In this document: one piece after another, positions 37,166 through 49,473 of the stretch | How the letters are laid out: the number at the start of each line of letters is the position of its first letter | How positions within the stretch are numbered: position 1 is the stretch's first letter | Assembly (NCBI RefSeq): GCF_001194135.2 | Contig: NC_068986.1 | Span: forward strand, 102,763,730-102,821,156 | Length of the DNA stretch: 57,427 bases | Direction: 5' to 3' | From: Octopus bimaculoides | Lineage: Eukaryota | Position numbers and translations under genes: made by a program | Notes under the pieces: model-generated | What the model was told of the DNA's origin: nothing | Databases searched by the model: none | The model's input: only the letters and a program-made list of their open reading frames with translations

Positions 37166-38559
37166 TTAACCTTGATCGATGGCAGAGATGCATAGATGTT
37201 AACAGCCCATTTCCATTGTTAATTTTGCCAGAAAAAATAATGATTGTAAAATCGGCCATTATTTTCGGAACAGCATAATAGTTACTAGTTTTACAGGATT
37301 ACTCCGTTTTTAACGGTATTGCACGTAAATAATTCCATGTGATAAGTTATGGAATATTTGCGACTGATCACATTGCAGTGGCCTTTCATTAGACTTGCAT
37401 CATTAGACTTACATTAATTGTTATAATCAGTTCATCACTTGTGATATGCCCTTTTCTTTCGTATAAAATTAATTACTTCGTTGTGGAGAAGTCATTGTAG
37501 GGTAAGCGCTATACTGATGATGCTTATCAGTACGGAATCTTTAGTCTTTTAGACAGCACTTCTATAATGTTATTTCAATTTTGCAGATTAATACATGAAT
37601 GCCTTTAAATGTTTTACAAGCAACTTGCACATTCAAGTGTTACCATTAGAAAGCTCTACATACCGGAAGCCACCAGCTGTATGAGGCCATCAGAAGAAAA
37701 TGCGCGCCACTTCGGGGCCTACCTCTCGACGGCATCATTGCATACCCGCTCCCGTCACTGACATGAGGCCTATATTATGAAATATAGCTCAATATTCTTC
37801 TACTCATCCTTCATCATCTCTTTTTAACTAAATCCAGTGGCTAGCCGTTTCCACTGCAGTTTGGATATCGTTTAGGGATATCTTCCACATTTATTTGGAG
37901 TTGGGCACAATTATACCAAGTGATTTTTGTACCTCCAATAAATTGTTTTGCATGGTATTTAACATATTTCCCTTTTTTCGTTTAAATACATACAAATGGC
38001 TTCCATCGCTTTATTAACTTCGTTGTACTTTAACATTTATGAGAGCTTTTCAGTGTTTATATTGAATCGATTAATCGTCTTAAATTCTATACGTTGAAAA
38101 GAACTTTTATCTGTAAACTGAAATCTTCCTTCTACTCTGCTTTATCAGGGCTCGTGTTTCTTGTAGAGAAACATTTTCATTTTAAAGTGACATTTATCAC
38201 ATTCGAGCAACTTTCCTGTTACTATAGAAATAGCAAATGCTATTTACTCTTCTAGTTGAGTCCTTTTCAGAAGCCATTTGAAATCCCACTGAATCTCTAC
38301 TGAAATTCGTGATTTTTATTTCTGCGTTCAATAAAATAAGACCTACTTGATGAAGGCCTTAAGGAATGCTACCGGTAACAGGTAACGCAGTACGAATTGT
38401 CATATGCTTGGACTGTCGGCGTCTAAACCGGTAACTCACTCCACCGTACTTGATGAGTAGGGTGGTTTTTAGATACCTTGTGACATGAACAACAAGATCC
38501 ATCTTCAAAGGGCCGACGAACTCGACAGAGTCAAAGGCCATTCAATTACACGACATATG

Positions 38560-39030
38560 TATTCTTTTATTCTTTTATTCTTTTATTTGTTTCAGACATT
38601 TTACTGCGGCCATGTTGCAACACCGCCTTTGGTCGAACAAATCGACCCCAGGATTTATTTTGTGTAAACCTAGTACTTATTCTATCAGTTTCTTTTGCCG
38701 AACCACTAATTTACCTGGACATAAACACACAAACACCAGTCGTCAAGCGATGGAGTGGAGACAAAAACATAGACACACACATACAAATACCCCACACGCG
38801 CACACACACACACACACACACACACGCGCACACACACACACACACACACGCACACACATATATATGAAGGGCTTCTTTCAGATTCCGTCTACCAAATCCA
38901 TTCACAAGGATTTGGTCAGCCTGAAGCTTTGATAGACGACACTCGCCCAAGGTACCACGCAGTGAGACTGAACTCGGAAACATGTGGTTGGGAAACAAGC
39001 TTATTACCACTACACAGCCACACCTGCGCT
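38560..39030 (-). mobile_element. Full-length CORE-like SINE (family B) with internal (CA)n
   Basis: ATTCTTTT tail repeats, body, (CA)n, CTCGCCCAAGGTACCACGCAGTGAGACTGAACTC and head. Confidence 0.9.
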
Positions 39031-39041
39031 AGCATGTATGC

Positions 39042-39074
<33 letters not shown>

Positions 39075-39129
39075 TGTATGTATGTATATATGTGTGTATG
39101 TATGTATATATGTATGCATATATGTATGT

Positions 39130-39312
39130 AAATATGTACATGGGCAGATTTGTATATTTTATTTTATGGATGTATTCTCATCCATATATTTGCATGTCTA
39201 GACATGCTCATACATACCTAAATGACAAACTTATGGAAAGCTTTACAGACTTTTACAGTTCCAGTGATGGCTTGGGTCTGTAGTCTTCGAATCTTTCTCC
39301 TTTCTGTTTTGT
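39130..39312 (-). mobile_element. Second 3' end of the RLE-type LINE
   Basis: KTERRKIRRLQTQAITGTVKVCKAFHKFVI* matches the C-terminus at 30060-30150; the 3' UTR motif GTCT(A/C)GACATGCAA is shared. Confidence 0.75.
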
Positions 39313-39391
39313 ATGTATGCACATATATTTGTAAATATATGTGTGTGTCTATATATATATATTTATATGTATATATGCATGTATATATGTA

Positions 39392-39452
<61 letters not shown>

Positions 39453-39689
39453 GTGTGTGCACATGTACATATGCCTGTGTATATATATGTATGTACAGGT
39501 GTACATATATGTGTATATGTATGCGTACACACATACACACACATATATGTATGTATGTATGAATGTTTGTAAGTATAAATGCATGTGCTTGTATATATGT
39601 ATTCTTTTATTCTTTTAAGCGTTTCAGTCCAAAGGTTGTGGCCATACTGTGGCACTGCCTGTGTAATATCGTTTGCTATGACCATCCGT

Positions 39690-39900
39690 ACTCAGTAGGA
39701 TTTTGGTGAAGGAATGAATGTGACTTTGCTGCCCTCTTTGGAATCTCTTGCCGTCCCTCTGAGAATTTGGACAGTGGAAAGTCAATGTTTTTCTTGAAAA
39801 CATCTATTTCAACTGCATATCGATTCCTGCAATGTTTTGGCAGTTATTGAATAGCCGTGGGACCTTGAATCACAAGCTATTGCAGTACATGACACTCACT
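39690..39900 (-). mobile_element. CR1/L2-clade LINE 3' end, old
   Basis: CNSL*FKVPRLFN...DVFKKNID...RAAKSHSFLHQ, homologous to 43620-43790. Confidence 0.7.
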
Positions 39901-41113
39901 CTAGACGGAATATATAAGACCTCTCTATGTTTAGTGATAACTCCTCAAGAATATATAAATATGTTTGTATGCATTTCCAATGCCTTATGATATTTAGTTC
40001 GATAATCTGACGCGCATTTATCCTACCAGAGTGCGTAGGTTACTAATCCAGGATGAAAGTACAGAAAAGCTTGAGGGGTGATTTTCGTTGAGTTTGATGC
40101 GAACATTTGCATCATATTTCTGCTACTATCATTTCCAAAATGTTTGTGTAGTTCTACACAAACCTCGGTTACTGAAAACTATTCAACTGTGTGGGTACTC
40201 TAACAGTTATAACATTGGCTGTTGGAACTCCATGTTCCGAAGTCGACAGGAGAGTTTATTATACATTATATATTATGTTAGCATAACTCACTATATTATT
40301 ATCTCGACACATGACATTAAACCGCTGTAAGAAATCAATGATTAACGTGCTCAAAATTCCCCTTAAAATATTTTAAAATCCTATAATGGTTATATGGAGA
40401 TTAAAACCGGACAGCAACACGCGTAAAAGAAGTGAATGTATCCAGTAACATATTTCTGATGTTACACCGAACATAATTCTCATGAGTAAAGAAGAAGCGA
40501 TACGATCACCTAGGTATCTTTCATAGAGAAATAACTATAAAACTCATATACATTTTTTTAATGTTTCTAGTCAAATATTTTAAAGAGAAGTTTGAGAAAG
40601 GGTTTCTATGGAACAGTTGAGCCCATGAAATTTAAAATGATTGAGGCATCCCAACGAACCAACGAACAAAATTTAAGAGATGTTGCTGAATACATAACTT
40701 CAAAATATTTTACTAAATACGTTGTTATAACATTAGCCCCGTCACTACTTTCTAAAGCTATTGTATAAATTTCCCTTAAATCCTTTAGATTTCACATCAA
40801 AAGAAATTAAAGAAAAAAAAAGCAAATATAATTTCTAAATAACAACAGATTATTATAACAGAAGAACGTATCTACAAAGATAATGCGTAATAAATGTGTA
40901 ATACATAAAATTACTAATTAAAATCGTAACGAGGAATGACAAACAACATTATGATATTTATGATTCCTAGTAGGATAATGAGTGAATAATGGAAGTAAGA
41001 CAACGGCAATGAAAACTGTAAACAACAATCCTTGCGATATAAATGTTATTAATTAATAAATATAATGATATTTATGGCGCAACTCATAATGACTTTTTAA
41101 TGTTAAATCGCAT

Positions 41114-41152
41114 CTTTAGAAATACAAAACAGCATCAACAACAACAGCTGCT

Positions 41153-41225
<73 letters not shown>

Positions 41226-41245
41226 CAGCAGCAGCAGCAGCGGCA

Positions 41246-41295
<50 letters not shown>

Positions 41296-42489
41296 TGGTA
41301 GTGACGGTGGAGGTAATAAGAGTTTTAATTATAGGTGATGTGGTGGTGTTCTATTGGTGATGTTACTGTTGTTGGTTGTTTCTAGGTGTTGCTGTGGCAG
41401 TGGTCATAGCCTTAAACAATTCTCCTCAAAAACAACCGTCCCTATATTTTTTCTCTTTCATCCGTTGATTCCTTTTTGCTTCCCTTTATACGTAAGCGCT
41501 CGCACCTACACAAATACGCAGGTAGACGCACAGACACAGGCACACACACATGCATACATACATACATACATACATACATACATACATACATACATACATA
41601 CATACCTCCGTGTCGTTCTTCCTTCTGTTGTTCTTCACCTCTCCCCTTCACAACTATATATCTCTCTCTTCCGCCCTGTCTCTCGTTGCTCACCCATATT
41701 CTACTCCACACTTTTTTGCTCTCTACCACGCTTTCTCCTTACCCCTCGCTGGTCACATGTGTCCGGCTACTGCTTCTTTTCTTACCTTGGCCACTGCCAA
41801 GCTAGCACGAACTTTCTTCTTCTCTCTTCCTTTCAGTTCGTCACATCAAAACGTTCAGTATACATATATATTTTTTAACGTCTGGCCTTATAACCCTTCT
41901 TGTTTATTTTCACTGTTTCTTTTTCCTGTTGTGTTTTCTGTTCGCCACTATATTCCTCCACATTACAATTTTCTTTTGTTTCCACGAGAAGAGCCATTCT
42001 AACAATGCGTCCTACCCTAACTCTTCGAAACGCTTAATTTTAGAATGATGGCAGCTGATGAAGGAAATGTTCTCTATGTTTGCCTGTGTGTTTTCTATGC
42101 TTTGTTTATGTTATGTTTCTCATTTTGTCCACGTTTTTTTTTGACGTCCTGTACCCAGATATGCAGCTATATATACATGTAGATGTAGGTATGTACATAC
42201 ATATACGTATATATGCATATACTATATACATATATATATATTCTTTTATTCCTTTCTTCATTTACTTATTACAGTCATTTGACTGCGGCCATGCTGCAGC
42301 ACCGCTTTTTAGTCGAACCAATCTACCCCAGAACTTATTCTATGTAAGCGTAGTGTATATTCCATCGTTCTGTTTTGCGTAACTTAGTGGTTCCGCATCA
42401 CCTATAATTAAAACTCTTATTACCTCCACCGTCACTACCAACTACTACTACTACTACTACTACTACTACCACTGCCGCTGCTGCTGCTG

Positions 42490-42547
<58 letters not shown>

Positions 42548-42586
42548 AGCAGCTGTTGTTGTTGATGCTGTTTTGTATTTCTAAAG
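41114..42586. repeat. Inverted segmental duplication (41114-41340 vs 42396-42586)
   Basis: Unique flanks are identical in reverse complement around a compound (GTA)/(GCA) microsatellite whose repeat numbers differ between the two copies. Confidence 0.92.
42240..42378 (-). mobile_element. SINE family B tail, truncated by rearrangement
   Basis: CAGTCATTTGACTGCGGCCATGCTGCAGCACCGC...TTCTGTTTTGC, then breaks. Confidence 0.85.
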
Positions 42587-43344
42587 CCGATGAATTCGTA
42601 AGTGCTTCTCTTATCGTTGATTTTTGGTGCCGCATGGCCAAGGATTACCGTGAATTTTTTTAGAGACACTTTCAAATTTATCAGAATATTTGGGCTGAAG
42701 ATTGGAATAGTGAAGTTTTCGTTCGCTTAACCATGAAACGATTCGTACCCAATTANNNNNNNNNNNNNNNNNNNNNNNNNNNNNNNNNNNNNNNNNNNNN
42801 NNNNNNNNNNNNNNNNNNNNNNNNNNNNNNNNNNNNNNNNNNNNNNNNNNNNNNNNNNNNNNNNNNNNNNNNNNNNNNNNNNNNNNNNNNNNNNNNNNNN
42901 NNNNNNNNNNNNNNNNNNNNNNNNNNNNNNNNNNNNNNNNNNNNNNNNNNNNNNNNNNNNNNNNNNNNNNNNNNNNNNNNNNNNNNNNNNNNNNNNNNNN
43001 NNNNNNNNNNNNNNNNNNNNNNNNNNNNNNNNNNNNNNNNNNNNNNNNNNNNNNNNNNNNNNNNNNNNNNNNNNNNNNNNNNNNNNNNNNNNNNNNNNNN
43101 NNNNNNNNNNNNNNNNNNNNNNNNNNNNNNNNNNNNNNNNNNNNNNNNNNNNNNNNNNNNNNNNNNNNNNNNNNNNNNNNNNNNNNNNNNNNNNNNNNNN
43201 NNNNNNNNNNNNNNNNNNNNNNNNNNNNNNNNNNNNNNNNNNNNNNNNNNNNNNNNNNNNNNNNNNNNNNNNNNNNNNNNNNNNNNNNNNNNNNNNNNNN
43301 NNNNNNNNNNNNNNNNNNNNNNNNNNNNNNNNNNNNNNNNATAT

Positions 43345-43525
43345 ATATATATATACATATAAATACGACGGGCTTCTTTCAGTTTCCGTCTGCCAAATCC
43401 GCTCACAGGCCTTGGATGGCTCGAGGCCATAGTAAAGACACTTGCCAAGGTGCCATGCAGTGGGACTGAACTCGGAACCATGTGGTTGGGAAACAAGCTT
43501 TTTACCACACAGCCACTCCTGCGCC
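43345..43525 (-). mobile_element. SINE family B head and core (tail in gap)
   Basis: Minus GGCGCAGGAGTGGCTGTGTGGTAAAAAG...GGTTCCGAGTTCAGTCCCACTGCATGGCACCTTGGCAAGTG. Confidence 0.9.
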
Positions 43526-43539
43526 TAAGGTGTGGAAAC

Positions 43540-43611
43540 CTCGGCGGCGGGGAATGTAACCCCGGTCTCCCGCGTGACAGGGTGGGATACGTACCGCTAT
43601 ACTAAAGTGTA
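43540..43611 (-). pseudogene. tRNA-Asp(GTC) pseudogene
   Basis: Minus TAGTATAGCGGTACGTATCCCACCCTGTCACGCGGGAGACCGGGGTTACATTCCCCGCCGCCGAG closely follows eukaryotic tRNA-Asp (anticodon GTC at 43578-43576). The T-loop is TTACATT instead of TTCGATT and the 5' acceptor strand does not pair. Confidence 0.75.
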
Positions 43612-43619
43612 TATATATT

Positions 43620-43790
43620 GCCATCTAAAGACAGGACCAAATACTGCAACAGCTTGGGTTTCAAGGGTCCACAGTTCTTCAGTATCCTTCGAAATGTCCT
43701 GAAAAAACTGCATGGTGTAGATGTAGCTGCCTTCAAAAGATAACTACATCTCCTCATTTTCAAGGGTTCCAGATGAGCCTACCTCACATC
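43620..43790 (+). mobile_element. CR1/L2-clade LINE 3' fragment
   Basis: RTKYCNSLGFKGPQFFSIL...LHGVDVAAFKR...RVPDEP. Confidence 0.8.
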
Positions 43791-45480
43791 ATCTGGCATT
43801 TTCTGCTCTAGTAGTAGAGAATTCTCCACTGTCAACCATCAAAATACGAGTGTTGTCACGCACCACGAGTCTTAATGAGAAATCCTCCCAAGATAAGGCG
43901 GTTTTCTGTTTTCTAACACAAACCCCAAGGTACGTTCGGCATCAAAATGACCTCTTAGTATTACTACCCCTTCTATCACAATGTATATATANNNNNNNNN
44001 NNNNNNNNNNNNNNNNNNNNNNNNNNNNNNNNNNNNNNNNNNNNNNNNNNNNNNNNNNNNNNNNNNNNNNNNNNNNNNNNNNNNNNNNNNNNNNNNNNNN
44101 NNNNNNNNNNNNNNNNNNNNNNNNNNNNNNNNNNNNNNNNNNNNNNNTATATATATATATATATATGTATGTATGAATGTATATATATATGCCATCATTT
44201 TCTGTTCCACCTTTTCTGTCAATCTTTTTCCATTTATCTTTCTTTACCCTCTCTCTGTCTCTCTGTCTCCTTCTGTCTCTGTCTGCCTGTCTCGTCACTC
44301 TTTTTCTCTCTCTTTCGTATATCTCTTTTTCGTATCTCTCTCTCTCTCTCTCTCTTTCAATATCCATATTGATTCATATAGTGTATCATATTTCCAAGAT
44401 ACTCAATCCCTGTGACGTACATAATTATCTCCCGCTTGATCTGACATCCTACATCCCCAATCTGATTGAATAAGTCATTAATAATATACGATCTATTATA
44501 TCATGCAACCCTCTTTACATTTAGTGCTGACCAGTACAGTACGATTTACGTAACCAGCACTAGTGAAAAGCTATACTTCTCGCAATCTATTACGACTACG
44601 ATTTGATCCATGAGAGTCTTTCTCTGCACATTAGCAAATAATTATTTTAACCTCAGAAACTGTCACTCATTTACGAATGTTATAATTAACCAAACCTTAC
44701 GTTTGTCCCTGCATACGCATCTTCGTTATGCAACCAAGACGTTTCACAAAGTTTTTGCAAGAGATTGATACGCAAATACATTGTAATAAACATTTAATCA
44801 ATGCATGTCCATCTTGTATACTTCAGCAACATAAACACATAGCCATCTCACATAGTCATAATAATATAACGCAGTGTAAAATTGTATTATATTACGATAA
44901 TAAAATAAAATATAACATATCATTATCATATTTTAGTAATATAATAGTTATGATATAGAACATAATATAAAATATCAAAATATAATAACCCCTTATATGG
45001 AGCCATGTAACCCGTACAAATAGGAACCACAATGTTATATCTCTCCTTCACTAAATGTTATTTTATAACCAAAGGACACACTCATTATAGTAAAATCTGC
45101 TTTTGAGTTGAGGGTCAAAAATGCATTCGCCTCTATCATAAAATTCAACGAGACAGCACAACTGAGTAATTGTCCCTCAACTGGGATGACAGTGTCTGGT
45201 CACGGATCAACTGCAGTCAGTTGGATACTAATCACACATCCTTCACCGGCATATTGAGTCCATATTCCATTTCCTGCAACCGAACAACACACCAGCCTTC
45301 CTTGTTTAGAAGGGCAACCGTGTGGACATCTTTTACCATTTTTCACTGTACCCCACAGTTTGCTGGTAATTACACAAGAGTCGTCAAAACCTATGTACCA
45401 TACATGCTTCGCAGGACATCAGAATTCAGTATGCACAGCAAATTTATGTCGTCCAAGCAAATAACAAGTTACGAATTGAT

Positions 45481-45507
45481 AGTAGTAGTAGTAGTAGTAG
45501 TAGTAGC

Positions 45508-45548
<41 letters not shown>

Positions 45549-45564
45549 CAGCAGCAGCAGCTGA

Positions 45565-45638
<74 letters not shown>

Positions 45639-45697
45639 AAGAAGAAGAAGAAGAAGAAGAAGAAGAAGAAGAAGAAGAAGAAGAAGAAGAAGAAGAA
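45481..45697. repeat. Compound (GTA)(GCA)(GTA)(GAA) microsatellite
   Basis: Directly visible; source of the poly-V/A/E ORF 45170..45751. Confidence 0.97.
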
Positions 45698-45757
45698 TAT
45701 AACCTGAAATTTCCACTGAAGAGAGTTTATCACTTCATAGATTTCTTATAACATTAA

Positions 45758-45970
45758 GGCGGCGAGCTGGTAGAAAGGTTAGTACGCTGGCGAAATGGGA
45801 ATTTCGTATGGTTTTTACGTTCTGAATTCAAATTCCGCCTAGGGCGACTTTTCCTTTTATACTTTCGAGGTCGATAAACTATGTACCAGTTGCATACTGG
45901 AGTCGATCTAATCGACTGGCCCGCTCCCCAAAAAGTTCGGGCATTGTGCGTAGAGTAGAAAAGAAAAAGA
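45758..45970 (+). mobile_element. Full-length SINE (family A) with TSD
   Basis: GGCGGCGAGCTGGTAGAAAGGTTAG...GTTCTGAATTCAAATTCC; TAACATTAAG at 45749-45758 and 45978-45987. Confidence 0.9.
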
Positions 45971-46499
45971 GTTCTATTAACATTAAGCTTTTGTATTTTA
46001 AAACAGTTAGACTTGTTTATTTCGTAAACTTGCGTTAATATACACCACGGGATATAACTAACCTTTGAGTAAAGGAAATATATCGTCCGTGTAATCCTGA
46101 AACTATAATAAAGATACTTGTAAAACGATTATAGTCGTACTGAATCAAAATATCTAAAACGTTCCCAGACAGAATAACACTCACGCGAAATTGTCGCTCA
46201 TCGTAAAACCTGAAATAAATCAATTATACCACAAAAAGAAGAAGAAAAAACCCCAGACCAAAGCCAATAAAGTTTCAGAAAAATATTTATGTGAATCCCA
46301 GTAAATAATGTTCCTATTTCCTGTTTTTAGTGCTTTTTTCTTAGTATTTTGTGAGTTACAAGTGGTTATTTTGTACTAACTATTTTATTCTTACAATGAA
46401 CAACCTACGCACAGTAAGAATGTATTCCATTTTATATAGCAGATAAAATAAAACTTTGGCACAACTACATAAATCGAAGCAATCCCAGTGAATACATAT

Positions 46500-46736
46500 A
46501 TACTGGTTTACAAATGTTGCACCCTACAATATATAACTTCATTATGATCGATGCGTGCATAGACGAGATACAATTTGTACTAAAGTATAAGCGAAGCAGG
46601 AAAATATATACGCAAAGCGAACTTGAAATGAAAACGAGCAGCATCAACATAAAAGAAACTATATCCACGAATAAAGCAAAAGCAATGAAACTACACTCGC
46701 TGAGCGATGATATATTATGCAATCAATGCCGACTCG

Positions 46737-46770
<34 letters not shown>

Positions 46771-47213
46771 TTACTTAACCTCAAAAAATGACAGTTTTAA
46801 AAGTCATCTTGTAGTAGTGAGGAAATTAAAACCAAAATTAAAGGAAACCATATTGAAAGTTTACATACCTATTACATTTCGAAACACGAATAATGAGTTA
46901 GTTAATAACTAGACAGAATTCGTAGAGGAAATTATCTCTGCTGACTAACGAGGATGCAGATATAGATTAAACAAGACGGTAGTAAAATTTGTAGTATTAC
47001 AGACTAATAGAAAGAATGGAGGTAGTAAATTTTAGAAATAACATTGGTTTGCCTATAAACCGGTTTATTCGTGAGCCGGTTTATTGCCATTCATTCTCGA
47101 ATTAAGGGATAAGTATATAACGCTCCCACCAAAATAAAGAAGCAAATTGCACAAGAAAGCCGCGCATGATATATATGTTTCTCTACAACACGATATATGT
47201 ATACACACACACG

Positions 47214-47269
<56 letters not shown>

Positions 47270-47969
47270 AATAGGACGAATTCTTTTACAAGAATTTATC
47301 AAGTAGCTAGCGTGAAAAAAACCTCATAAGGGAAAAAAATCCATCATTTATTCCCGAAATATATATTTATATTTATATAAGGGCATTACTATACAATAAC
47401 GCCTCACGCCATGAGGGACTCTAAGATCAGACTACTATAAAAAGCACATTTTTACCGAATGCGATATATATATATATATATATATATATATTCTACAACG
47501 CAAAAACAAATAAAGGAGTAACATGAATAGAGATATAAAGAAAAGAAATAGCTCAAATCTAATATGAAGTCGACAACTATAAAATGTAATCTACAGCATA
47601 AGGTGTATAGATGGTGCTTGTAAAGACAAGAATATGATATACATTACTGAAACATCTCGAAGCATTGCGGGGAGACTAGATGGCGATTCCAGACAATATG
47701 ACGACAACAAAGCAGTGTATCATAGTGTACCAAAATGCCAAAGACCAATATGGAAGCACACTGGGTCAAGTTGACATTCGCATTTTATCGAAACACCAGA
47801 AATACCCAACACTCAGACAAATAGAGGAGTACGTCCTCATAAATGAAACATACCAATATTTTAGAGATCATAATTGGATTAGAAAGCGACTCGACAAAAT
47901 ACTTAGATATCACCATGGGGTTGCCCGATTCAGCCCAGGTAGCAGACATAGTGGATATCTCTCTCTCTT

Positions 47970-48054
<85 letters not shown>

Positions 48055-48450
48055 NNNNNNNNNNNNNNNNNNNNNNNNNNNNNNNNNNNNNNNNNNNNNN
48101 NNNNNNNNNNNNNNNNNNNNNNNNNNNNNNNNNNNNNNNNNNNNNNNNNNNNNNNNNNNNNNNNNNNNNNNNNNNNNNNNNNNNNNNNNNNNNNNNNNNN
48201 NNNNNNNNNNNNNNNNNNNNNNNNNNNNNNNNNNNNNNNTATATATGCACACAAAAAGGGTCCACGAAATTCGCGCATGCTTAAAAGAAAGAAAACGCTA
48301 ACGAACACAGACGTGTATGCCTACAGACCCCCTTCAAATGTTATACATATAGTACCACTACACTAATTCCATCTCCACAAGAATACGAAACTGAAGGAGG
48401 CAGACATTTCCCTCGAACACTTGCAGAAATATTTTACTTACTTGCAACAT
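46500..48450 (+). mobile_element. Highly decayed Penelope-like element ORF (RT)
   Basis: HNWIRKRLDK(frameshift)YLDITMGLPDSAQVADIVD at about 47870-47957 matches the PLE RT motif W.K...FD(V/I)TMG..D.A....LVG. Weaker matches upstream (VDIR..FY; YLTSKN.SF..VRKLKP) and downstream (YAYRPPSN). Confidence 0.6.
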
Positions 48451-49473
48451 ACCCACCCTAATGGCGATGTTTTGGCACTAAGGGTTATAACTCTTAATTC
48501 AATCCCCTGCTTATTTCGATTCAACATCTTTATCACAGCAACCGCAGACTGGATGTGGCTATTCACCTCCAACGATAGAGACCGGTCGCCATATTTCATT
48601 CCATATAGGCTGCCTCTGGTGAGTACAGGGTTACATAATCAGACTGTTACTCAACATTGCTTTGAATCCCTACTTTGAAACCGATTTGTAAGATTGGCCC
48701 TATGGATATATGATAGTGTACTCTTCTGATAATATGTATCTACATATAATATAAATCCCATTCTCTCAGTGTGCGTGTGTGTAAACGATTATAACGGCCG
48801 TAGTTTCCAACTGATTTTTTTCCAACCTGGGAATATACATTACTTATGTTCGAGAGAACGGGCGTCCTCAGGATTGTCTCCTTTACATCCATTCGGCAAA
48901 AAAAAAAAAATTCACAATCTCATCTAATATACATAATAGAATTGTTTGTAAATTAACTTTTCACGCGTATCTCTATCTCTCTATATCTCTGTATCTCTCT
49001 ATTCATCTCCACCTCTATATCTATCTCTCTGTATCTATCTGTCTACGTCTTATCTGATGTATTCACTGTAAGTGTTCAATCGCTATTTACAAACGACAAC
49101 GACAAATTACTGACAGAAAGAACTTCACAATTACTGATTAAAGTAATTTCATACATAATTTAGAGATACAAGTAAATTCATAAATTTTACTTAAATCCGT
49201 ACATTTAGTTAATTTGCATAAACACTTCTTATTTATTTTTGCAACGGATTTGTGTTTTTTCTGTTGTTAACGGCTTTTCTTTGGTTTCTCCGACACTGGC
49301 TCTTTGGTTCACTGACAAATTTTGCTTCAGCCCGTATAATTCTTTCTTTTCCGGAAAAAAAAAAAAAATCTTATTTACTTTCTGCCCGTCGTATTATAAT
49401 TATATAATTTCCTTTACCCAGGTATTTTTATTGTTTACTCTGCACCCGTGTATTTCTCTATACGTATATAACC

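Noticed and set aside
37635-37765. GC-richer frame KALHTGSHQLYEAIRRKCAPLRGLPLDGII
   Set aside because: Weak acceptor, unrecognised peptide and no partner exons; cannot be supported.
38359-38541. 60-aa ORF MAFDSVEFVGPLK..
   Set aside because: No recognisable homology, and it lies directly beside a SINE.
42020-42075. GAAAC...CTGATGA as a type II hammerhead
   Set aside because: The stem II closing pair is a mismatch and stems I and III do not form.
1-43790. Idea that the four CR1/L2 pieces are one shattered element
   Set aside because: On the minus strand they occur in reverse order (3' end first, RT start last), and one is on the plus strand, so they are independent insertions.
45170-45751. 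193-aa ORF
   Set aside because: The C-terminal half is microsatellite; the N-terminal half looks like the antisense of a very old RTE-like LINE fragment, too weak to call.
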